A DNA stretch of 64,000 bases from a virus. Positions 50,501 through 59,320 of this stretch are shown piece after piece. Position 1 is the first letter of the stretch. Each line of letters opens with the position of its first letter. Where the stretch lies: the IMG/VR virus record IMGVR_UViG_3300042305_001483, one strand, 5' to 3'. The position numbers and the translations under genes were made by a program. A model generated the notes under the pieces. It worked only from the letters and a program-made list of their open reading frames with translations, was not told where the DNA came from and searched no databases.

Positions 50501-53500
50501 AGATAACTTAATATTTTCTTTTGGAAAACTTTTTCCATCTGCTTTTAATAAGTTATATTCATAAGAATTATAATTGATATCATCAACTATAGAATTCTTA
50601 TTTCCAAATTTTAAAGATTTTGCAAAAGGACTAATTGTTATGAGATTATTATTACTCCAATTTTGAGTTGTCCAAAATAAAAATTCTTTCGCGGAAAATT
50701 TCCAATCTAATATCTCAGTTAGGTCATTATCATACTGATCAAATATAAAACCATTTGATTCTAACCAACGACTGTAACCTAAAATAACATTATAAACTTC
50801 TTGAATTGTAGAATACATTGTTCCATACGGAATACGAACAGACCTTGATTCAAATAAAGATGGGACTAAAACAGTAACTCCGCCTTTTACTGGTAATTTT
50901 GATATTGGTTGGAATAATGTAGGATCAAAATTTGAAGAAGCATTATGACCAACTTTTACTCTATAGTATGAATTATTGTATCTAACCAGTTGACCTGATT
51001 TATAATACCTAGTGGTATTAACGTTGGCTGTAGTTGTATCAGAAAAAGTTACACTAGAATTTGCATTACCAGTAATGCTAGACCATTCAGTAAACGGTTC
51101 TGCAATCCCTCCGACCGTAACTGATTTTGAATTTCCAGATATAATAGCAGGAAAAATTTCAAAATATGGATTTGATTTATCGTATCCTTTAATTAAAAAT
51201 TTTCCATTGTATTTTTGAATTACAATACCAGAAATTCTAAATGATTGAATTGTATTACTTTTATTTAAAATAAGGTCATAATTTTCAGGAGGTAAAATGG
51301 CGCCCTGTGACATAGAAGAAACATCAACAGTGTCCATAATCAATTGAATTTTGTTTTTACTTGTAAATCCTCCCAATTTATGAAATAGATTAAAGTCTAA
51401 GAAAGACAAATCATTTTTTAAAGTGTTTAAATAATTGAGATTTTTCAATCTACCATATTCTATAATTAAATTTCCAAATCCAGAACTTTGGTTATTTTCA
51501 TTATCTAAAATTAACTTATTTGGGTTCAAATATAAATCATCATTGTATAAAATTTGATTTAATTCATTAATAGTTGTCCTACTAACATCAAACAATTTAG
51601 AAGTATATGAACAAGGATCAAGTAAGGCCGCTACAATGTTTAATGCAAAAGGCCAAAGACTGCTTCTTCTCCATGCAACTTCTGCAGGACTGAAATCTCC
51701 AAATTTCCAATCTTGTTGTTTTTCAAATATAGAAGATTCTGATACTAAAAATGTATCAGGAGATTTTAAATTTCCAAATTCATCTACCGGTATAATAGAT
51801 AACAATCCAGATCTTGCATAATTTAAGTTATATCTATTTTCTCCTCGAATGTATCCATTACTCAAGTCTGTCCAAAGCAATACATTTGAAGATGTATACG
51901 GTGCTAATCCGTAAGTAGTTGTCCACCAGTTTGGTCTTTCATTAAAACCCAACATTTCCCACGGTGTTAAATGAGGCTTATCTGTATCATAAAAATACTG
52001 GTATATTCCTCGCCATGAACCGCTTACATTTTTTGAAAATAAAGTATCAACAGTTGTTGAATAGTTAAATGTAAAAGGATTTGTTTCATCAAAGGTTGTA
52101 TTTGACGAAAAATTAACATTAAATTGATTTGTCCAATTTATAAATTCTTTTATTAAAATATTATTAGAGTCGTCGATTGTATATCTGTTGATTCTGAAAG
52201 CACCAGAAATGACAGAATTCATATCAAACAATTTAGAATTGTAACTTACTTTGATATTGTTATAAATTCTTTTTTCAAATTCTAAAATAATTTGATCCCT
52301 GTAATCACCATATGCCTTTGTTAAACTTCCATCGTGTCCAAGTATCATCGTCACTGGACCTTGTACATAAGAAGTATCTTCGACTATTGCAGGTTTAAAT
52401 TTTGGATACAACCCCAATTTGCTAGGAGTCGGTGGCACAAAAGATCCTGTGGTGTCGTTATAAAAATAAATTTTAATTTTATCTCCAGTAGATAAATTTG
52501 ATAATATTTCTACTGTCGAGTCTAACGAATTTATTTGATAATCTTGACCGTTAATTAGTAAACTATCATTTACATACACAGAAAGTGCATTAAAACTTAA
52601 CTTTGTATTGTCAAAATTATCTCTAATAGGGTAAATTTTATTAACTACGATACCAACCGTAAATTCAGTAACAATTTTGTCTTCACCATAAGGTACCATA
52701 TCGGACCTGTAAAATAAAGAATCTATATTGTTGTTTCTGTTAATATACTTCAGTGCAATATCTAATGCTTCTGCAGGAGAAAACTGACTTTCAATCTTTC
52801 CTAATGTGTCAAACAAATTTAATTTATATTGGTTATATAAGTACCCAACAAATCTTAAGGAATCTAAAACATTATGATCTTTTTTTGCTAAAAATAATTT
52901 TGAATATACTAGCGGAGTAGAATTAATTATAAGCCTTGTACCAAATTTTGAATAATTGCTTAAATCTCTTAAATTGCTTTTTCCCGGAAATTGTCCTTGA
53001 AAATTTGTAATTTTTGGTATCATCGATCCTACATGATCTGATAATTCACTTAATGTAAAACTAGAAATTGGACCATTTAATGGATTGTTAGTTAAGTTTA
53101 AAACAGGTTCATAAAATCCGTTGTTGTTTGGAGAATTATTAGAAAATATATTAAAATAAATGGCATCATTTTCTTTTAGCGGCTGTGAAAATGTGACCGT
53201 TGCTGTTTGATTAAAAGAAACTGTAGATTGAACAATATTATTGTTAACATAAGAAATTACTTGAGTAGATGTATCAAAAGGATAATCTAATGATTTTAAT
53301 TCTATTGTTGTTGTATTTGTTTGAACCGTTTGATTTTCAACAATTGGAATTTTATATCCTTCCGCCGAAGACCAAACATTAACTAAAAAGTTACCTAATT
53401 TTAAATATCCTAATGCAAGACTTTTTTGAGAAGTTACGTTATCAATAGTAACATTTATTGTATCAGTAGTGAAATAGTTTTTAAAAAGATAGTTTCCTAT

Positions 53501-55282
53501 TCCCGAATTATTATTCTTTAAAGGAAATCCTAAAATTGAATCAGAAATTCCACTACCAATTTCGTAACCAAAAATCTTTGTTCCCGAAAAATCATTAGTT
53601 ATTTCTTGTTTAGTAAAACTAATACCATTTTTATCAAACAAATCAAACAACGGAGCATCATTTATAGAGGCATGTTGCTGACCAAATTTCCAGTTTTTAT
53701 CGTCAGCACTGAAATACCATTCAGTTCCTCCATAAATATTTCCAAGATTAATTGCTACAGAGTCTAAGTCATTAGGGTTATAAAATTCTACTAATTTTAT
53801 CACAGTAGAATCTAAAAACGGATCATAATTTATAGATTTAATTAATTCATCGCCTATTTCTTTAATCCAAGTCGACTGGCTTAGATTGAAATACCATCTA
53901 GATTCTGATTGAGAATTTCCATTTTTAATATAAACTAAATCTCTATCTTTTGTTTTATAAAATTCAACTAATCTTAATTTTAGAACTGAGTTGTCATTGA
54001 ATTGTTGAACTCTATAAATAATTCCTCTTTTGGTTAAATCAGCAGCAGCATTATAAACCACTAATTGATTTTCTAATAAGGGTACACCGTCTATTGAAGA
54101 ACTAACAACTCCATTTAAAAGTGAAGTTAAATTTGTAGTTGCTGTATCAATTAAGTTAATTTGAATTCTATTTTTAAATTCAATGCTGTAAATTTTTCCT
54201 TTTACATTTTCATTTAAATCATTGTTGAAAATAACTTTTTGTCCGCCTTCAACTAACACACCGTCTACATAATAACCGTATGTTCCATCAATTTGATCAA
54301 AAGCGTTAGTTGTTATTGTATCTATTAAATCAACATTGCCAATTCCCTTAACACCATAATTGTATAGTTTTAAATTTGCTTTAAATTCTATAATTGGTCT
54401 CTTTGCTTTACTTTGAACAGGATAAATTGGTGATTTATTATTAATCAGAGCAACAGTCTTAATTACATCTTCATGAAACCATCGATTATATCTAGTCCAA
54501 GGATTTAAATCATTGCTAGATTTATTAATTGTGATATATTCGGGTGTTCCGGGAAGTTTTCTGTCGCCGTCAAAGGGCAACGAATCAAACGGTGCATTAT
54601 CAAATTTTTCGTTAAAAGTTTCTGCAAAATTCTTATTAATTTCTAATTTGTCAAAATCAACTAAAACAATAGAATCTCCTACCCCTTCAACGATATATTC
54701 TCTACCAACGCTTATTTCAAATCCATTATAAGTTTCATTTTTACTAAATGTTAATTTCATACCATTGGATAATTTGTATCCATAACTAGTAGTATAATTT
54801 TGATTTCCTAAAATAGATGGCAAAACATTTGAAGACAAATTGTCAATTAGTATTGATTCAGGACCCGACGGTAACCAGTAATAAAAAGAATAGTTGATTA
54901 GTTTATCCCAGTCAATTAATGGATCGTATGCACTAAACTCATTTTTAAAAAGTTTATTATGATCTTGTGTATTTCCACCTTGATTTTTTATTTCATTTAA
55001 TAAATCATCATATGCAATAGCATCTTTTACATTTGACAGAGAATCTTTAATAATTAAAGCCGGCTCTAACTGATAATTTCTTCTTAATGGGGTATCTTTT
55101 TCTAAATAAAGATCTAAAATTGTATTATAATTAGGTGTTAATTTTGAACCAATAAATGCATTAATTCTTTCAAGTTCGGGCTCTTGAATAAATTGATCAA
55201 TGGTGCTAGATAAAAATTTAGAATTTTTTTCTGATCTAATATATTCAGGAAGAAGATTTACGGTTTTTCTTTTTTCTGCCAT
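41561..55282 (-). CDS. Giant baseplate wedge protein (gp7-like, 4573 aa)
   Basis: Follows gp6; N-terminal NLLPEY..KFL; FG-GAP-like propeller repeats, NPG.GY..PP repeats, YIREVKPYRTKIR. Confidence 0.75.
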   Translation of the reverse strand: MAEKRKTVNLLPEYIRSEKNSKFLSSTIDQFIQEPELERINAFIGSKLTPNYNTILDLYLEKDTPLRRNYQLEPALIIKDSLSNVKDAIAYDDLLNEIKNQGGNTQDHNKLFKNEFSAYDPLIDWDKLINYSFYYWLPSGPESILIDNLSSNVLPSILGNQNYTTSYGYKLSNGMKLTFSKNETYNGFEISVGREYIVEGVGDSIVLVDFDKLEINKNFAETFNEKFDNAPFDSLPFDGDRKLPGTPEYITINKSSNDLNPWTRYNRWFHEDVIKTVALINNKSPIYPVQSKAKRPIIEFKANLKLYNYGVKGIGNVDLIDTITTNAFDQIDGTYGYYVDGVLVEGGQKVIFNNDLNENVKGKIYSIEFKNRIQINLIDTATTNLTSLLNGVVSSSIDGVPLLENQLVVYNAAADLTKRGIIYRVQQFNDNSVLKLRLVEFYKTKDRDLVYIKNGNSQSESRWYFNLSQSTWIKEIGDELIKSINYDPFLDSTVIKLVEFYNPNDLDSVAINLGNIYGGTEWYFSADDKNWKFGQQHASINDAPLFDLFDKNGISFTKQEITNDFSGTKIFGYEIGSGISDSILGFPLKNNNSGIGNYLFKNYFTTDTINVTIDNVTSQKSLALGYLKLGNFLVNVWSSAEGYKIPIVENQTVQTNTTTIELKSLDYPFDTSTQVISYVNNNIVQSTVSFNQTATVTFSQPLKENDAIYFNIFSNNSPNNNGFYEPVLNLTNNPLNGPISSFTLSELSDHVGSMIPKITNFQGQFPGKSNLRDLSNYSKFGTRLIINSTPLVYSKLFLAKKDHNVLDSLRFVGYLYNQYKLNLFDTLGKIESQFSPAEALDIALKYINRNNNIDSLFYRSDMVPYGEDKIVTEFTVGIVVNKIYPIRDNFDNTKLSFNALSVYVNDSLLINGQDYQINSLDSTVEILSNLSTGDKIKIYFYNDTTGSFVPPTPSKLGLYPKFKPAIVEDTSYVQGPVTMILGHDGSLTKAYGDYRDQIILEFEKRIYNNIKVSYNSKLFDMNSVISGAFRINRYTIDDSNNILIKEFINWTNQFNVNFSSNTTFDETNPFTFNYSTTVDTLFSKNVSGSWRGIYQYFYDTDKPHLTPWEMLGFNERPNWWTTTYGLAPYTSSNVLLWTDLSNGYIRGENRYNLNYARSGLLSIIPVDEFGNLKSPDTFLVSESSIFEKQQDWKFGDFSPAEVAWRRSSLWPFALNIVAALLDPCSYTSKLFDVSRTTINELNQILYNDDLYLNPNKLILDNENNQSSGFGNLIIEYGRLKNLNYLNTLKNDLSFLDFNLFHKLGGFTSKNKIQLIMDTVDVSSMSQGAILPPENYDLILNKSNTIQSFRISGIVIQKYNGKFLIKGYDKSNPYFEIFPAIISGNSKSVTVGGIAEPFTEWSSITGNANSSVTFSDTTTANVNTTRYYKSGQLVRYNNSYYRVKVGHNASSNFDPTLFQPISKLPVKGGVTVLVPSLFESRSVRIPYGTMYSTIQEVYNVILGYSRWLESNGFIFDQYDNDLTEILDWKFSAKEFLFWTTQNWSNNNLITISPFAKSLKFGNKNSIVDDINYNSYEYNLLKADGKSFPKENIKLSRDDGICVIETVNTEEGLFFALLNTVQKEHAMIFDNRTLFNDIIYDLDTGYRQRRLKISGFRTANWNGDFFSPGFVYDEVFVGDWKPFVSYLPGSIVRYNGVYYQSNIKIVGSEFFNFNEWSKLREQPSPDLLPNFSYKINQFEDFYSLDIDNFDISQQQLAQHLIGYSERPYLNNIFTNPTTQYKFYQGYIKEKGTKNALDKIVKVGSYARKGSINFTEEWAFRVGHYGGYETFQEVEFKLNEGNSLENPYIVKFSNEVPAEKNNLINYILSEDILIKPTNFEINDVFKISKNEVQDESLFQFPSAGYVRPDDVNVTAYNTNSILDIANNNLLNEKDTIWIGFLDNGNWDVYRYSKQTAKITGVFVSSPGIDITFSCDLFHDLKIGDIVSVVNFNDQVNGIYNVKAVPKLNQFTVDSTLSSIVDDDLVELGSIFKFQSVRFEDFLKVSEFKELYKFENGEKIWVDKVDQKWSVYEKVKNYSTGTYFNSLGNPFGQELGYSIYARDNSQVVLVSSPSWNSGSANSVGRIWVYNQKQNILDKLFEYILNSNNKIYCSTSTNSEFGYTLNYDDGKELIFAGAPKASNIITNNTGTISFSTGTGSSKGFISEGLVKISREKSTVEEEETVAILLAPGSYSNTSAKANYLRFGNTIYVDKVNKSTATTVLIGAPGDGVNNTSTGFVFAYHLTTSTDSNAISLVQHTAGISLTSSVILTQYSKWGEKISGSDNGNFIAVSAPGFTTGSKTGLVEIFNKNLVSKQVIYSPFEENRTFGSDIFVSSSGKFLLISSPDIKNSDGTFGNIAVYSATNLTSTGTYVLNQIIENPSFTTDLKFGVSISLNKNEDILTVGALGRNRSSTYVFDENSNVGKTTFDKGSTEFISPVDDSGTVYVFNNLDGYFIQSEELSDSSILEGSRFGFSVSSLNDFILVGAPWIKNATSLDDSTFFKFDKLDTSINSWKVLRNQPNLVDSQKIKSIKLIDSFKEEIIEYLDIFDPVKGKIIGLAEQELKYKSTFDPAMYSIGTALNSVDSNSSWIDDHIGDLWWDLSTVKYLWYEQGDEIFRKNNWGKIFPGSSIDIYEWVKSDLLPSEWAAQADTNEGLTKGISGQPKYPDNSVMSVKQVFNNVTNSFENVYYFWVKNKVTVPNSRNRRISAIQVANLILDPAANGIRFASILSQNAISFANVQPILVGDRINSNISFDEINNNIPKHTEWLLLEEGNKDSVPTTTLTKKLFDSLLGHDDLGQTVPDLNLSVRNRYGIEIRPRQSMFKDRLLALRNLVEFTNSVLIKNKITGFYDFTNLNKKEEIPDILSREYDFIVDDLEELDQIDISKFSQAELIYSTYNGKVVSVEIINPGFGYSIPPKIEILSSSGEGAELLSEIDGSGRVINVIISNPGKNYLGNLDSSEKIIIRGHTTIVRTNSEYGNRWTKHLFNYEFKNWTRIQTQSYNTPLYWNYVDWVDENYNGYKDYAVVLKDPTELPIASSTVTGDYVKINNVGDGRYIILEKLDSDQIGDFALQYKIVYSQNGTIQISDEIWNFKESNYSYDAATLEETLYDQIPDQELNHILYALKDDIFVGNLKINWNLFFFKAVRYAFTEQKLLDWVFKTSFISVNNQVGELDQKSVYRLDNENYFEDYIREVKPYRTKIRSYTSKYSLTNETSNSVSTDFDLPAYFNTVSNSYELVGLTSSEITEYPWKWWADNYKYYVKNVLVADNGEGYTQNPTVVITPALGDTGSGATAEAYIRNGGVFKVLVSNPGSGYVRPPTVTIVGGGPNVVKPAKVSVELGNDYIRKNILGIKFDRTGVNEEIDSSRITETFECTGNNRFRLTWLAQPNKSKIVPLLDSKIIFSTDYTIEYFTENINNYTSQYCEFVFLNYIPKLGQKFKITYEKNISIYHAVDRINKFYQPTDDMVGKEIPLLMSGAEYKNTVIQGLNFGYSLPWNYGYFDNDSAWSNLVNYYTSAKLVKNINYSGTVLYLDSVEGVSIGQKILLTNTSTSHIRSDAVVSAVNTSTKTVSIANSEYRLKRIISDSLTTQGNIVFFTTEDFNGKITSGSIIEISGVDDGTILGFDGKYIVTNSGTDRFTAVGTGTHAITLLTTSTVKTLGVTAKVTVPAVFNEVNVNSLYNIYSFENLVSNTSTVAYDTNVLFNSVSTVTIYVNDLLYGSYYNVSTTSNNTYNVEIFNLNSNVTNKIKVDLYGYPIVEFWKDNFSFDELDTEISAGSWNGSGNFVGALGINPGDLVIDGSGLISQNIGQSPEEHVKGNTYESVSINVFTQENKSSPIAMSGIVPISANAISSFKLGVPLEESIYITVNFEGKMLDRIYEPPSSGVVDEYFFTTSSQFYVMNDELYIAPQDVNGKVGYNLLTIGGEYVADSVTLLTEYGQSTATLISSAFIDDIRSVYVTIDGREVNSSNYELIPAGPKNKRAAVRVTNIADSKRTIQAWFLKSNFGKFSQIFEEQFSIAAPTSSILVTNLLGTTEPLSAQVFVEVYEPDSTTLVKGRKRLNPPDVNYYKLDGSTTTFNIDNTSRPPGTYTNSNIKVYLNGRLLAPGFDYSINSVTGTVTISSGIASNGAILAIESLVNFDYVINNNTIIFTTPIQPSSSVKVISFADYDGMMLRTERFKGDAGLKFTLGLPVSDSRYVWVALNKQYLIANNDFTILDDFRTVSLNNSISIQSDDEITISYVSTTLRSNLVYGYKIFNDIFNRTTYSRLSNFYGTRLTKELKLTDTEIHVTDSSSLIPPNFHRNIPGVIFVDSERIEFFSKDSNVLSGLRRGTMGTSPAEISDVGTKVFDQSPQQFIPYTDTIKKQYHITSEATGTYVVNTVTNSNGTYTIAISSSSFVINTGTMYQSGGDGIILSTTNGLEQYLNDQISVKFGGRLLRKTASKVHDYNLAYDSTSTSLRTLDPEFTVKFNESTGNFELNIHVEDFTLRTKVEIEQKIGNYWNTSTSLMESESIQSKFIRRHSTEIPDKWYYGNSN

Positions 55283-55283
55283 T

Positions 55284-58200
55284 TTAAGTTCCGCTTGATG
55301 TTACAATATTCGAAGATGACTTTAATTGCGACGCAGTTATAGCACTTATTACTTCGATATCATTAATTGATACTGAATGAATAAAAAGTTCATTCGGTTG
55401 ACTTGAAATTTCATAAAAACTTCCGAACCCTGAATTACCTTTTGGTACTATAACAAAGTTAGTTATGTCTGGAGTTAACTTGTTCATTACGTATGTAGAA
55501 AGTTCACTAAAATAAAAAGTTTGTCCAAATTCCCAATTTTCTAAAGAGAAAAATTCATTTATAGCATTTAAAATTTTAGTTTTTATATCATTATCAGTTA
55601 TTAGTCTTTCGTTATTTTTTACTGCTTTAAATGTTGCTTGCAAATTAGGATCTGCTTTTTCTCCAAATAAAATTTTATACTTTACAGGATGAAAAATAAT
55701 TTCATCACTAATAGATTTAATGTTGTCTAATTTTGATTTATAGTTTTGTTCTAAACTTTGCGTAGTTGGCGCAAGTGGTTCTTGATTAACCACTCCTGAT
55801 AGATATTGTCTAAATTCATTATCATACGAAACTGTTAAAAGATATATATCAATAATATTTGATTTACTCGGATCTATTCTTCTATTGTTTCCACTATTGT
55901 GTGTATATTGAAACTTTAAATCAGCCCTTCCTGATCTTCCTATATAGTTTTCGTCAAATATCAAAGTTGAAGTTTCTGTAGACCACTTTTTTACCACATT
56001 CTCGTTTGGATTATAAAAATAAAATAAATCTCCATTATTAATCGGTTGGTTAATTGGATTCAAAAGATAACTATTCCAATTATCTTCTGATTCAATAGCA
56101 TCTCTTACATCTGTAGTTAATCTATAAATGCCATCAGAATCTAATTTAAAATAAACAAATTTATTATCGCCGACAATTTTATCAAAAGAATCAGGATCTT
56201 CAATTTGACCTAGCGTGTTAAAATCATAAAAATTTATTTTAACTTTTCTAGGATTTACATAGCCATCTTTTTCTATTGTAGGACTTTCAATTTGCCATAG
56301 AAAATCATTACCTAATTCTCCAGTAATATTTGAACTTTGTACCCAAACTCCTGACATTTTTTGAAATATAGTTCCATTAGTAGTGTTCAAATAATAAGAC
56401 CCATCCTGTCCAATAGTATTAGAAGGATTTGTAGGGCCTCCAAACCATTTTGGTATACCTGTTGGAACTGAATTTACCGATAATACATTAATTTTATCTT
56501 TTAAAACTGTATTATCATTAAAATTGTAATTCACAGAAGAGTTGTCAACAAAAAATGCTGTTTTTTGATTACTTTCAAAAACAAAATTTAAAGTTCTATA
56601 AGTTACTTTATATTTTTTACCAGTCCATACAAATGAAATTATCCAACTTGAATCTAATCCTATATCTTCGATATTATTTTGATTTGCTAACGAAAATGCA
56701 TCTTGAAGATTTAAATTAGAATTTAAAATAAATTGCCATTCCCTCGAAACAGAATCAATTGTTAAACCAAAATTTCTTTGTCCTAAACAAAAATTAGAAA
56801 TTTCATTTTCTAAACCAAAAGACAGCAAATTGTTATACTTGGGTATAACTTCTGTAGGAATAGCACTATTTGAATTTGTACCGTCACCGGGAATTTTTGT
56901 TGAAAAAATTATAGGACCAGTGCCGTCGTCGAGCGCACCAAGCCCACCGTTTGAACCATCTAATACTACCTGTTTTACCATCGACCAAAAATATATTTTT
57001 CCACCAGATGGAATAATATTTGATGTTGGAATAGTCTTAATGTTGTTGTTATCGTCAAAATACTTGCCGGTAGGAGCAATGAATTTTACTAAAGCACCTG
57101 GAGTTATATATTTTAAATTAGATATAGAAAATGTTCCAACTGAAAAAACTTGAGATCCTAAATTAAAATATCCTCTACTTTCGTTAGGAATTTTGTTAAC
57201 TTCGGTCCATCTTATACCTAAATATGCTAAATCAATTTTAGAATACTTGTCTAAATAAAAATTTTTTAATTTTGAACTATTAACAATAGGCGCTAATTGA
57301 TTTTTAATTACAGAAAGTATTTGAGATCGGCTGGCAAAATCAAATTCAAAAAATTCTTCTATTTCTTCTTTATACAAAATCCCGTCATCTGCAAAAATGT
57401 TTGTTTGACTATACTTTCCTGTTACATCAGAAATATCAAAATATTTGCTTAATCCACTAGAAATTCTATTAATACTTTTAACTTTTAAAATATCAGACCC
57501 GGCATTTAATGGAGAAATGTTATAATCTTCTCCAGTAATCATTCTATTTTGTGTGTAATAAAGTTGAGGTGCTTTTAACTGTATACTAGCATTTGATTCT
57601 GGGCCAGCACTATTGCTTACCGTATATTCAAGACTTAGCGTTAGTTGCAATTCTTGAGACTGACCAAATGAATTAAAATATGGAATAGTAATAACTACTC
57701 CAGACATCTGCTCTGGTTTAATTATATAACTTAAACCATTGCTCTGTCTGTAAAATAATCGAAAATCTCCTTTAGGTAAATCTCCAAAAACGCCATCAGC
57801 AAAATTTAAATCAATTTGATCATCATTTCTAGTTGATACAGCATATATAGATCTCAAACTTTGATTTAAACTATTATAAATTACGTTATTTCCTAGTAAT
57901 GCCGGGACTTGAGTCCATAATGTACTATAATTTCCGTTTTTGTCTAATTGCCATAACCAAACATCAGAATTATTAATATTAGGAGTATTAACGCCAACAA
58001 TTTCATTAGGTACCGGATTATCTAAACTAAAGTTCGCCAAACTTAATGTTCCTTGTCTAAAATGAACTAAAAATCCTGTATTTGGACTAGCCGAGCCTTG
58101 ATTGTCATTTTTATAAATTAAACTAAATGATTTTCCAGGTGCTGGCGAATCTTCATAAATGTACGATTCTCCTGTAAAAGTACAAGGAACAATTTCAAAA

Positions 58201-58823
58201 TTCATTGACACCCCATTAATAACTTTTGAAAAATTAAAAATAGGCACATCATTATTAGAACTGTTAACTACATACCTTTCTGTTAACGCTCCAGATATTG
58301 TATCTCTATCAACTGGATTGCCAAACGCTGTAGTCATTGCAGAATTCATTATGTTGACAAATTGCTGATACCAATCTTGATTTGTTGGATCGTTCCACGC
58401 AATAACTGTGTTTGCTAAATTTACACCGTTTGCATCAAAAACATTATCTGTAGTAGAAATAGCAGTAACTTTTAAAAATCCGTTTGCTGGAACATTTCTT
58501 GCAGGATTATAACTAATTAACTGTGCTAATCTTAAAATACTCTCACGACGTTCAGCAGTTTCTAAAAAGTTTTCTCTAGCATTTAAGTCAATTCTAAAAC
58601 TTAAATTTTGGCCAAGGTACGCAATTAAATCAATTAACGCAATGTATTCACTACTGTCAATGAAGTCATTAAATTCTTCAGGATAATTTTCACGAAGATA
58701 AGAAATCATTACCCTTTTAAGGGTTTCAAAATCATAACTTTTAAAATCGGCATTTTTAAAAGATTGGTATACTTTTTTCCAATCTTCTGCCACTAATAAT
58801 TTTGTATTTGTAGATGGAATCAT
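55284..58823 (-). CDS. gp6: Baseplate wedge subunit (T4 gp6-like)
   Basis: DFETLK..YL..FNDF..S..LIDLIAY..ENFLETAERRESILRLAQLISY; QNRMITGEDY. Confidence 0.88.
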   Translation of the reverse strand: MIPSTNTKLLVAEDWKKVYQSFKNADFKSYDFETLKRVMISYLRENYPEEFNDFIDSSEYIALIDLIAYLGQNLSFRIDLNARENFLETAERRESILRLAQLISYNPARNVPANGFLKVTAISTTDNVFDANGVNLANTVIAWNDPTNQDWYQQFVNIMNSAMTTAFGNPVDRDTISGALTERYVVNSSNNDVPIFNFSKVINGVSMNFEIVPCTFTGESYIYEDSPAPGKSFSLIYKNDNQGSASPNTGFLVHFRQGTLSLANFSLDNPVPNEIVGVNTPNINNSDVWLWQLDKNGNYSTLWTQVPALLGNNVIYNSLNQSLRSIYAVSTRNDDQIDLNFADGVFGDLPKGDFRLFYRQSNGLSYIIKPEQMSGVVITIPYFNSFGQSQELQLTLSLEYTVSNSAGPESNASIQLKAPQLYYTQNRMITGEDYNISPLNAGSDILKVKSINRISSGLSKYFDISDVTGKYSQTNIFADDGILYKEEIEEFFEFDFASRSQILSVIKNQLAPIVNSSKLKNFYLDKYSKIDLAYLGIRWTEVNKIPNESRGYFNLGSQVFSVGTFSISNLKYITPGALVKFIAPTGKYFDDNNNIKTIPTSNIIPSGGKIYFWSMVKQVVLDGSNGGLGALDDGTGPIIFSTKIPGDGTNSNSAIPTEVIPKYNNLLSFGLENEISNFCLGQRNFGLTIDSVSREWQFILNSNLNLQDAFSLANQNNIEDIGLDSSWIISFVWTGKKYKVTYRTLNFVFESNQKTAFFVDNSSVNYNFNDNTVLKDKINVLSVNSVPTGIPKWFGGPTNPSNTIGQDGSYYLNTTNGTIFQKMSGVWVQSSNITGELGNDFLWQIESPTIEKDGYVNPRKVKINFYDFNTLGQIEDPDSFDKIVGDNKFVYFKLDSDGIYRLTTDVRDAIESEDNWNSYLLNPINQPINNGDLFYFYNPNENVVKKWSTETSTLIFDENYIGRSGRADLKFQYTHNSGNNRRIDPSKSNIIDIYLLTVSYDNEFRQYLSGVVNQEPLAPTTQSLEQNYKSKLDNIKSISDEIIFHPVKYKILFGEKADPNLQATFKAVKNNERLITDNDIKTKILNAINEFFSLENWEFGQTFYFSELSTYVMNKLTPDITNFVIVPKGNSGFGSFYEISSQPNELFIHSVSINDIEVISAITASQLKSSSNIVTSSGT

Positions 58824-58841
58824 AATTTTAACTCGATACCA

Positions 58842-58847
58842 TATTTA
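58842..58847 (-). promoter_or_regulatory. Late promoter core TAAATA
   Basis: 18 nt upstream of the gp6 ATG. Confidence 0.5.
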
Positions 58848-58869
58848 TTTTTAAAATAAACTGCATACT

Positions 58870-59307
58870 TTATTCTGCAAGAAGGCCAAGTTTTTGATCA
58901 AACATTAACCTCAATTGCGTACTTTGATTTGTCTCAGTTAAATTCAAAGTAATTTCTAATAAAAATCCCTGTTCGTATTCTCTTATATCAATCTGTGTAG
59001 GATATGTTCTAGGATCAAAAGTACAAATTGTTTTTATATCATTAGTTAACAATTCTCTTGTTTCTTCAGTTAAAGGTTCCATTAATAAATCCCAAATTAT
59101 TGTTCCAAACTGAGGATTCATCACCCTACTACCTTTTCTAGTATTAAAATGATTTAAAATATTTTGTTTGATAAGATCATAATCATACAATTTTGATCCA
59201 AAGTTTAATGGGTTAACTGTACTAAACCCTTTATAAAATTGGCTTAATTTATTAGTATGAGTTTCTCTGTAATTAGAAACATTAATTTCAATAGTTTTGT
59301 AAGGCAT
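58870..59307 (-). CDS. gp25: Baseplate wedge subunit (T4 gp25-like)
   Basis: LIKQNILNHFNTRKGSRVMNPQFG..IWDLLMEP..DPR. Confidence 0.9.
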   Translation of the reverse strand: MPYKTIEINVSNYRETHTNKLSQFYKGFSTVNPLNFGSKLYDYDLIKQNILNHFNTRKGSRVMNPQFGTIIWDLLMEPLTEETRELLTNDIKTICTFDPRTYPTQIDIREYEQGFLLEITLNLTETNQSTQLRLMFDQKLGLLAE

Positions 59308-59312
59308 AATAA

Positions 59313-59318
59313 TATTTA
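59313..59318 (-). promoter_or_regulatory. Late promoter core TAAATA
   Basis: 5 nt upstream of the gp25 ATG. Confidence 0.55.
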
Positions 59319-59320
59319 TT

